From NCBI GenBank assembly GCA_047967505.1, contig CM106538.1: a stretch of 64,000 bases of DNA; one strand, 5' to 3'. Source of the DNA: Dipteris shenzhenensis. Lineage: Eukaryota. The translations under genes were made by a program, and so were the position numbers. The notes beneath the pieces were generated by a model. It did no database searches. It was given only the letters and a program-made list of their open reading frames with translations, and had not been told where the DNA came from. Shown here piece after piece: positions 54,203-64,000 of this stretch. The number at the start of each line of letters is the position of its first letter. Position 1 is the first letter of the stretch.

Positions 54203-54866
54203 TGTTGGAGGTGCAAATCTCTCATGGACAAAGGGGATAAGAAGAAGGAGAAAGGGTTGAATTATCCCACATACAAAGGTGTGTGGAAGATGAAGGGACA
54301 TAAATAGTCCAAGTTGCCCCTCCTATCTTCAATTCCCCCAAGCTTGCCTTTTGTGGAGGTTGGAGGGCTGGCTAGGCAAGGGTGCCTTATGGCAGGGGTG
54401 GGGACCTGCCATACACACATGCCAGAGCCTCCGTAGTGGCCATGAAGGTTGTGCACTTCCGTGAGGTGCTAGCGGTCTTGGCGGGGGGCACGCTAGGCAC
54501 ATGCTCTTGGATCCCCGGCCACCTCTCTCCATGATCGATTGGAGGGGGGTGTTGGAGGTGCAAATCTCTCATGGACAAAGGGGATAAGAAGAAGGAGAAA
54601 GGGTTGAATTATCCCACATACAAAGGTGTGTGGAAGATGAAGGGACATAAATAGTCCAAGTTGCCCCTCCTATCTTCAATTCCCCCAAGCTTGCCTTTTG
54701 TGGAGGTTGGAGGGCTGGCTAGGCAAGGGTGCCTTATGGCAGGGGTGGGGACCTGCCATACACACATGCCAGAGCCTCCGTAGTGGCCATGAAGGTTGTG
54801 CACTTCCGTGAGGTGCTAGCGGTCTTGGCGGGGGGCACGCTAGGCACATGCTCTTGGATTCTAACA
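54203..54866 (+). mobile_element. Miniature non-coding two-LTR element (TRIM-like) with GATTA TSD
   Basis: LTRs 54203-54512 and 54550-54866 look identical over the shared length; PPT GGAGGGGGG at 54541-54549; TGTT...AACA termini; GATTA at 54198-54202 and 54867-54871. Confidence 0.92.
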
Positions 54867-55198
54867 GATTATACCTAGGTTCCCTTTTTAATATATTTTT
54901 TGAGTAGTATACCGAGGCTCATATACTTAGTAAAAATTTCATTCCTTCACAATTCTATTGGAATTTATGTATGAAGGTGGTTAATATTTCTAATTTTAAT
55001 TTTCTCACAAATTCCATTAAAACTTACGTGAGACATTGGCCATATCTTATAATGGTTTCTCTCATCTCAATGAATTATCATCCTCATACTAAAAGCCATT
55101 AGAGATCTCTAAATAGCTATGCTTAATGAGATGCCAAAGATGTGAGAGGTGTTAGGGTAAACTAAACCTATTTCAGTGCTAATATAATGGCAACCTTT

Positions 55199-58100
55199 TG
55201 AGAGTGCTCTCAATGGAAGCAGAATGGAAGAGGGAGAGAGAGAAATAGAGAGCCACACAAGTTTTTGGTGGGTGCAGAACACCCTAATCTTCTTTTTCAT
55301 TCATTTATATATGTGTTTGAGTATTGTACATAACTGGGGTAAAGGCACAGTGACCTTTAACCCCCACAACCTCCCACTTAAAGGACAATGTGCCTTTAAG
55401 GGAGAACAACCAGTAAGCATACTATCCAATGCCCATCAATACATGACAATACTCAAACCGCTGACAAGGTAGACTCTTCATCAACATATCTGTAGGATTA
55501 TCATCTATATGAACCTTGACAAGCTATATGCACTTGTCCTCAAGTACCTCCCTGATGAAGTACCTGACCTCGATGTGTTTGGTCTTTGCATGAAAGACCG
55601 GATTCCGTGCTAGCTGAATAGCACTCATGGAATCACTATGTAATGTCGGTACACTTGTATGAATCCCCAAATCTCCTACTAGCCGATCAAGCCATATAGC
55701 CTCCTTGCAACCCTCTGTGGCTACAACATACTTAGCCTCTGTGGTAGACAAAGCAATGCACTTGTATGCATGAGACATCCATGACACTGCACCACCTGCA
55801 AAGGTGAACACATAACCAGAAGTGGATCTCCTACTATCCACATGCCCTGCATAGTCTGAATCTGTGTACCCAAGTACACGCATGTCTCCTCTACCAAAGC
55901 AGATGCACATCTCCTTGGTACCCTTCATGTACCTCATGATGCACTTAACTGCCGCCCAATGCCTCTTTCCTGGATTAGCCATATACCGGCTAACAACTCC
56001 CATTGCAAATGCAATGTCTGGTCTAGTAGCTATCATAGCATACATAAGACTCCCAACTGCTGATGCATAAGGAACCTTGGCCATCATGGCCCTCTCCTCA
56101 TCTATCTATATGACTCAGTTTCACATATGGAGGCAATGGAGTACTCATTGCCTTTGCCCCCTCCATATTGAAACGTTGCAATACTTTTATAACACTCCTT
56201 TTGTGAAAGCCAAAGGAGTTTCCTACTCCGATCACGCGTGATGCACATACCAAGAATATGACCTGCAAGTCCCAAATCCTTCATATCAAAGGCCTCATGC
56301 AACTTGGCCTTTAATGCATCTAGCTCATAAGTATTCTTGCTAGCCAATAGCATATCATCCACATATAGTGCTAGGAGTATCAGGCTATTATCCTTAGCCC
56401 TTTTAGTGTAGAGGCAATTATCAATTTCACGAGAATTTCACTCCTTCTAAAACCTTGGGACCGAATGAAAGCATCAAACTTCTGATACCATTCTCTAGGC
56501 GCTTGCTTAAGACCATAGAGACTCTTCTTCAGCTTGCAAACTAAATGCTCTTTGCCCTTTTCTTCAAAGCCTTCCGACTGCACCATGTAAATTTCCTCAT
56601 GCAGATCCCCATGCAAGAAAGTTGTCTTGACATCCATCTACATAAGCACCATATCCTCTACTGCCACTAGGCCAAGCATGCATCTAAGTGTGGTCATCTT
56701 CACAACTGGAGAGAATATCTCATCAAAGTCCACACCCTTCTCTTGCTTGAACCATTTAGTGACCAAACGGGCCTTGTACCTAGGCACATCATCACCTGTG
56801 ACCTTCATCTTGTAGACCCATTTACATGGCAATGCTTTCTTTCCATGTGGCAAAGAAACCAAGTCCCAAGTCTTATTCTTCATAAGTGAACTCATCTCTG
56901 ATTGCATAGCATACTCCCACTTGCATTGATCCTCGTGCATCATAGCCTCTCTGTAGCAAGAAGGCTCCCCCAATCAGTAAGCATCACATAGTCTACCCCT
57001 GGAACAAACCTATCAGGCGGTCTAGACACTCTAGATGATCTTCTCAAGGGCATTTCAGCTTGCTGTCCCACTTGCATATCAATCACATTTGGCTCATCAT
57101 TTCCACCAATAGATGATCCATCATCTATCCTTGATTGTATACCTATGGGAGTACTTGGTGGTACCATTTCTTGCACATTTGGTGCATGGACAGCTTGCTG
57201 TCTATCAACATATGCAGGTGGATTCATGTCTTGGAAAGTGATTCTCCTCATTTCCACATCTCTCATGGGTGCCTTATGCATCTGCTTCTCATTGAAGGCT
57301 ACATTATGGTTGCGTATGATCTTTGCTTCTGGATCCAAGAGACGATAGCCCATCTCTCCATTTTCACCATAACCCAAAAAGATGCATTTCCTAGACTTAG
57401 GATCTAGCTTCTTTCGAAGCTCTTTTGGCACATGTGCATATGCCTCACACCCAAATATATGCAAATGAGAGTAAGAGGGCTTCTTGCCATTGCATGGCTC
57501 TTCAGGAATACCACCATCCAAACTCTTACTAGGTGATCTATTGATCACATGCACTACAGTCTTCATTGCCTCAACCCAAAAACCACCAAAAAGACTTGCA
57601 TTGGAAAGCATGCATTGCAACCTTTCTTGAATGGTACGGTTCATCTTTCCTGCAACTAGATTTTACTCTAGAGTACGAGGGGATGTGAGCTCCCTCTTAA
57701 TCCCACGTGTATCACAGAAATGTTGAAAGTCATGAGAGAGATACTCTCCACCATTGTTAGTCCGTAGGCATTTAAGCGTTCTACTTGACTGATTCTCAAC
57801 CAAGGTCAGCCATTTCTGAAATACCTAGAACACATCACTCTTCTGAGCCATAGCATAAGCCCACACTTTCCTAGTTGCATCATCAATGAATGTCACATAG
57901 TATTTAGCCCTGCCTAATGACCGTGTAGGCATGGGACCATATACATCTGAATGCACCAAATCAAGCTTTTCAAACTCTTTCTTTCCCCTTCTTTTATGGA
58001 TTGATTTAGTCTGCTTCCCATAGAGACAGTGCTCACAAAATTCAAAATCAGAGAAACTTAAATGCAGTACATAACCCAAATGGCATAAGAGTTTCATCCC

Positions 58101-61091
58101 ATTTTGGTTCATATGGCCTAACCGGCAATGCCATAAAGAAGTGCTTGGCTACTCAGTTATTGCAAGAACATGATCAAACACCCCTGATACATATAAGGGA
58201 TTCAAAGTCCCACACTTGGCACCCCTGGCCAAAAGCATAGAGCCCTTCTAAATTTTCCAACTCCCAGAACCAAAGATGGTCTGAAAACTAGCATCATCCA
58301 GCTAAATCGTTGAAATGAAACTCTTGGTCAGCTTAGGCACATGTCTCACATTTTTCAAAATAAATGCAGACTCATTTGCAAAAGAAAACTTTATGTCACC
58401 TAGTCCCACTATGTCACATGCATAGTCATTTCCAAGATGCACATAACTTGTCTTTCCACTATCATAAGTGGAGAACCATTCCCTATGGGGAGTAACATGG
58501 AATGAAGCATCAGAATCCAAAATCCAATCCTGGGAATATGCATCATCTGAAGTGGTAAGCAACTCTGCAGATAAACTAGACATTAAGAGAATGTCATTGT
58601 CACTATCATGTGTGACTGCATTGATCTCCTCGATCTTCACTTTTCCTTTGTCCTCCCTTAGACTCTCCTCCTTCTGATTTGCACCCCAATTTGCATTCTT
58701 TTTCTTATCCTTTTGCTCTCTTTTAAGCTTGTAGCAATCCTTTTTCATATGGCCCTTCTTGCCACAATAGTGACACTCAATGTTCTGTGCCCTGGACTTG
58801 CTACGGGACTTCCCTCTTTCTTGAAACTTCCCCCTGGACTGTGATCTACCCCTTTGCACATTGACTTCTTTCTAATTTCCTCAACCAACAAGCTACCAAC
58901 CACATCATCAAAGTTCAATACTCCAGCAAGTGTAGAGTTACTGATAGCAGTACGAAAAGTATCCCATGAGGATGGTAATGAGCATAAGAGAAATAATGCC
59001 CTCATTTTTGCATCGAAATTTAGCTTTTGAGCTTGAAGCTAACTGAAAATGATATTAAATTCATTCAAGTGCAAAGCTATGGATACTCCCTCCTTCATGT
59101 GCAACTCAAACAATCTCTTCATGAGATAGACTTTGTTTGAGGCAGTCTCTTTCTCATATGTAGCACACAGCTTTTTCCATAAAACTTCCGTAGTCTTTTC
59201 AGTGACTACTGTGAAATAAACTGTCTCCCCAAGATGAAGTCTAATACTTTGCCAATGCATCTAACTCATTCCATTCATTTGTGGACATAGCTGCAGGCTT
59301 AGCTGCAATCCCTTGCAAGGGTTTTATCTGCTTCTTTTGAATAAGCACATCCCTTATCTGTTCTTTCCACAAAGAAAAGTTTGTCCCATCAAACTTTTTA
59401 ATGCTGAAAAACTCCTTTTCAGACATGGAAGAGGATGCCATGATGCAAATAAAGGAAAATCCCAAATGCTAGTGCCTGCAAGAGAGAATCACACCAAATA
59501 CTAGGTGCACCCAAATGTGTATGCCACAATAGAGTGAAATATCACCAAAACTCAAAGCTCAAAGCATCAAAAGATACAGCTAACTCATGTGCATGTACTA
59601 TGCATCCATATGAGCAAATCTGGCCCAAAAGAAAATGCCAACTGCAATGGCAATCCAAAATGCCAATAAGTGCCAAATGGCTCAAGCATAAACACTGTCC
59701 ATGGGCATATGCATCAACAATATCTCATCCAAGAGAGCATAACACTATCAGTGCATCACTTGCAATGTGTCAAATGGCTGTCCCTCAGCATAAAATAGCA
59801 TCCATGTGCAAAGCGCCCATAAAAAATAGCATCCCACAAGGCAATCTGGGCCTATCAGCGCATCCAATAAGGATCACAATGCATCCAAATGGCCTATAAA
59901 TCATCCACTGCAACCCAATGCACACCACGAATGAGCGCACATGGCTGAAACTGCAACCAAAGTGATCTGCATAAGGTATGCTCAAGAAATCATGGTCCCA
60001 CAGCAATGACCGCTGCTGAAAATAGAACCAAAGATGCCTCAAAACATGGACGCCATTGCATAATCGGACTTTAGCAAGACAATCTGCAAATATCTCTCTT
60101 TTGCTAGAACTCCAAAATCCCAACCGATGAGTGAGAAATGGGAGTTAACACTTATCCACTGCCATGTGGCATAAATCTAAGGTTTCAAAACCTTAGAATG
60201 AAAATTGCATAACAGAGAGACGAAATGAAATATACAGAGATCTATAACTCTGAAAATACTCCACCAAATCACGCAAGAACTGACGGGTAGGGGTTTTTAG
60301 GCATTCGAAACGCAATGGGACAAACGGTTTTAGAAACCGTGTTCCCAATCACTGGGTCCAACACACAGACTAAAAAACGTTTTTGGAAACTGAACTGTTT
60401 GTCAAATCCACTGGAGTGCGAATGATGAGCAACATAGAAGTTTTACTACCTCTTGAGTCCACCGGAACTGACAGATTTGCAAATAGTTGCTCCAAACTTG
60501 AGTTTCAACACCCGGAAAGAAAAACGTTGAAACTGACACAATGAGTCAAAAATCCAACGAAATGATCGCAAATTCAAGAATGAAGGTGTTTCCAACCTTG
60601 TGAAGTGAAATGGACACCAAAAGTAGGCAATGGTTGCCTCTACAAGTCAATACGGAGTCTCTGTCGTCGAACGGAACATCGAACGGAACAGGGAAAAGCT
60701 TTAAAAAATGACTTTTTCTTTGAAAACACTTAACAAGCTCTCAAAACCACTTCTCAAAACCAAAGTGACTTTTCCAAAGGTTCCTTCAAGGTCTCTGTGC
60801 ACTCGGATGCAAGTAAAATCACCCACAAAGCTTCCCACATAGCTTCTCCTTCCTCCCACAGAGTTGCTGAGCTTCCAGGCATTCACGCACGCTTAGCTAG
60901 ATCACCCGAGCTCTGATACCAGTTGAGAGCTCTCGACGGAAGCGGAACGGAAGAGGGAGAAAGAGAAACAGAGAGCCACACAAGTTTTTGGTGGGTGCAG
61001 AACACCCTAATCTTCTTTTTCATTCATTTATATATGTGTTTGAGTATTGTACATAATCGGGGGAAAGGTACAGTGACCTTTAACCCCCACA
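55199..61091 (-). mobile_element. Full-length decayed Ty1/Copia with ~170-bp LTRs (55199-55368, 60924-61091) and CCTTT TSD
   Basis: TG...CA LTR pair; tRNA-Met PBS TGGTATCAGAGC (60910-60921, minus); PPT complement 55369-55380; CCTTT at 55194-55198 and 61092-61096. Confidence 0.96.
55470..59465 (-). pseudogene. Copia gag-pol, multiply frameshifted
   Basis: KFDGTNFSLWK; CHYCGKKGHMKKDC; WILDSDASFH; FIDDATRK; KWVYK...YKARLV; YVDDML; FHAKTKHIEV. Confidence 0.95.
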
Positions 61092-62645
61092 CCTTTTAGT
61101 AAAGTCATGAAGCTCCACATCATCAAACATCTCTTTTTTAATACTAGACCATGAGCATGGATTCTAATAGCCTTAGAGTTACCAATAGCCTTAGAGTTAC
61201 CAATAGGCTTACCATAAGCATGGATTCTAAAATAGCCTTAGAGTTACCAATAGGCTTATGTGAAATAGTTGGGAGACACACAATATATGGGGGGATATTG
61301 GGGTAGAGGATCAAGAGTAGAAAATTGGACAAATTTCAAATGCTTTTTATCAGGTCAAGGGAGACCCTTCAAAATTTCCTAAATTGAAGTAATTGTGCTC
61401 TTGTCACAAGATCTGAGGTCAGTCAAAAGGAAATCTCCACTATTGAATCAAAGACAATCAATAGATAGACAAAGATACCTAACTACCACGGCACTAGAAA
61501 AACAATAGCCAATAGAACGACATGTAAGCCATTCATAGTAAACAAAAAAAGTCCACAAAATAATCTTCTAAATGACACATAAGCATTCATTTACCTAACA
61601 AATGTTAAGCAATCAACCACAATTCAACATCAACAGGTCGACGGAAAAGAAAATTGGCTTGCGGGGTAGCTGTTCGCCATTTTCTTTTCCAGAATTTCCT
61701 TCCATGGTCATTTCCCTCCTCGCTTACTAGCCCCTCTAGTATGGACGTCACCCCAAATCCAAGATTCTTTTTACTTGAGTTCTTGATAAACTGACGTTAG
61801 TTGAAAAAGGCGGTCTCTTTTGTGTGCATGGCAACCTTTTAGTAAAGTCATGAAGCTCCACATCATCAAACATCTCCTTTTTAATACTTTACCATGAGCA
61901 TGAGATTTTAAGAACCTTAGAGTTACTAATAGGCTTATGTGAAACAGTTGAAAATTTTTTGGATGTTTTCTGGGAGACACGTAATATATGGGGGGATATT
62001 GGGGTAGAGGCTCAAGAGTAGAAAATTGGACAATTTTCAAATGCTTTCTATCAAGTCAAGGGAGACCCTTCGAAATTTCCTAAATTGGGGTAATCATGCA
62101 TTTGTCACAAGATTTGCGGTCAATTGGAAGGAAATCTCCACCATTGAATCAAAGACAATTAATAGACAAAAAAAGATACCTAACTCCCATGCCACCAGAA
62201 AAACAATAGCCAATAGAACGACATGTGACTTGTAAGCCATTCACAGCCAAAAAAAAAAAGTCCACAAAACAATCTTCTGAATGACACATAAGCGTTCATT
62301 GACCTGGCAAATGTTAAGCAATCAATAACAATTCAACATCAGCAGGTCGTTGTGACTGCCATATGTCGGTGCGTCACCTCCATTGTTGGAACCTTGACGC
62401 TCGAGAAATGCCGAGGGTACACATTTTCCCAATCAAGAAGTAGTCCAAGACTAGCTTCTTGTGGGACTCTTGGTTGCTGTGTTCGCAGGTGATGCAAGCC
62501 ACGTCCCAAGAGGGAAAGGCCTCCCCCCTTAGTACTACTTACTAGCCCCTCTAGTAACTAGGTCACCCCAAATCCAAGATTCCTTTTACCCGAGTTCTTG
62601 ATAATCTGGGGTTGGTTGAAAAAGGCGGTCTCTTTTGCGTGCATG
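61092..62645. repeat. Imperfect tandem duplication upstream of the coiled-coil gene (units ~61092-61830 and ~61831-62645)
   Basis: 61092-61640 matches 61835-62350; 61723-61830 matches 62538-62645. Confidence 0.85.
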
Positions 62646-62711
62646 CCTATAGCGTTGGCGACGGCGATGGCGATGTAGATGGCTATGGCGATCGAGCCTT
62701 GCTGATCTTGC

Positions 62712-63590
62712 ATGGCGATCGTTTCTCCCTCCCTTCAGCTTTCTTGCTGCAAACACTCGCGTGCTGATCCCTTCTTTGCATCCACCTCCTCTTCTTCTTC
62801 TTCTTCTTCTTCTTCTTGGATCGTCAGCTTTGGCTGCTGCTGCTGTCGCTGTCTCTGGGAAATGCAAAATCCCAAACGCTTTGACGATAAAGACGCCCTC
62901 CCAGCCCCCTCCATGGGCCATCAAAATGGAGCTCTCGTAGCCACCACCGCTTCGCCAGCCTTGTCCAAACCTGGGCGAATTTCGCCCAACGGAACCTCGT
63001 CCATGGATAGCAAGCCCTTGAATGAGAAGGCGGAGGCCTTTGCCCAGGCGCACCGAGGAAGGGTAGAGGCGGAGGCGCATGCCTATAAAGAGGCCGAATC
63101 AAGAAAGGTGGAAGCTCGCGCGCAGAAAAATCTGGTAAGCCTATGGTTTGTAACTAGCGTAGAGATGAAGTCGCGAGCTCTTCCTTATGCTGGGACGTTG
63201 ATCTTGATCTTGGATCAAGAGCGTCTTTCTTGCAAAGAACCATAGTTTGAGAGCAATCCCTTCACACTTAAATGCTGTCTTAGCAGGCAAAAGCAGAAAG
63301 GGAGAGGATCCATGACGAGTCCAAGGCTTTGGAGTCCAAGAAGCGCGAGGAGGAGAGGGCAGAGCGTGTTATCCGGAACGCTGCAGTGAGTAACCAGCTG
63401 CATTGCGCTATTGAGTCCTGACCTTTGAATCTTGGAGCGGCAAAGTTGGGCAAAGTCTGACAGTGTGTAAGTGCAGGTGAGAGCAGAAAAGATACTGGCA
63501 CGGGCTCGAGAGGAAGCAAATAGGATCAACTCACGGGCTCAAGAAGAGACCGAGGCCGCCATAGCAGACACGTATACAAGAGCTGAAAGG
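62712..63590 (+). CDS. Spliced coiled-coil protein, remorin-like; exons 62712 (or 62862)-63134, 63287-63385, 63477-63590; continues past the window
   Basis: Phase-0 GT/AG junctions give ...EAESRKVEARAQKNL|AKAERERIHDESKALESKKREEERAERVIRNAA|VRAEKILARAREEANRINSRAQEE... after a disordered P/S-rich N-terminus. Lacks the usual remorin Trp residues, so the family call is weak. Confidence 0.7.
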
Positions 63591-63659
63591 GTAAGCTTCT
63601 TCCCGGTTGAACAATTGAGACTGGTTAGCCTCGAACTTCGTCTTGATGGTCTTGTTTGA

Positions 63660-64000
63660 GTGTTGTGATCTCTGTAATTAGCTGTCGACTGCTGATGGCT
63701 GGCCATTAATTTTGAGGGAACTGGAACAAGAATGGCTCTTTCAAATTTTATCCCTGGATGTTCCTCAATTTTGATGAATGCCTTAGCTGTATGCATCTGC
63801 AGGAGAATTGAGATCGATTCTTGGCTTTTATGTTTCAGTGTTGTAATCTCCCTAATGTAGCTCTTTCCTGCTGATTGCCAGCCATAATACTATAGAAGAT
63901 TTTGAGGGAAATTGAACAAGAATGTCGAAATGGCTCTCTTGCCTTGTTTTCAACTTTTACCTCTGGATGTTCTTCAATTTTGATGAATGGCTTGGCCATC
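63660..64000. repeat. Imperfect intronic duplication
   Basis: TTTGAGGGAA...GAACAAGAATG...CTGGATGTT..TCAATTTTGATGAATG at ~63711-63780 and ~63901-63989. Confidence 0.7.

Noticed and set aside
54203-54866. Cassandra (5S-containing TRIM)
   Set aside because: No recognisable 5S rRNA A/C-box segment in the LTRs.

Overview
Repeat-dense, intron-containing eukaryotic DNA, most likely a large-genome land plant (plant-type Copia, Tat-like Gypsy and L1 elements, a DC1-domain gene; a fern or other non-seed plant is only my inference). Most of the window is nested, decayed transposons: a Tat-like Gypsy with dual RNase H (4818-9136), three Copia elements or fragments (12350-16090, 24793-27700, and full-length 55199-61091 with TSD), a Gypsy 3' remnant with a long extra ORF (17500-21951), a degenerate L1 LINE (27700-32900), a tiny two-LTR element with perfect TSD (54203-54866), solo or partial LTRs, microsatellites and a 1.9-kb purine-skewed repeat pair. 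Two apparent host genes are present: an intronless DC1 zinc-finger gene (35044-36207) and the start of a spliced coiled-coil, remorin-like gene (62712 onward). The most striking signal is a decayed cluster at about 9140-16860 that the ORF track fragments. It holds an intron-containing RAG1/Transib-like DDE transposase, then a divergent histone H3 with CENH3-like traits and a long tail, then a convergent spliced BAH-like gene interrupted by Copia. This suggests a RAG-like plant DNA transposon carrying chromatin cargo. All homology calls are by-eye motif recognition; no searches were run.
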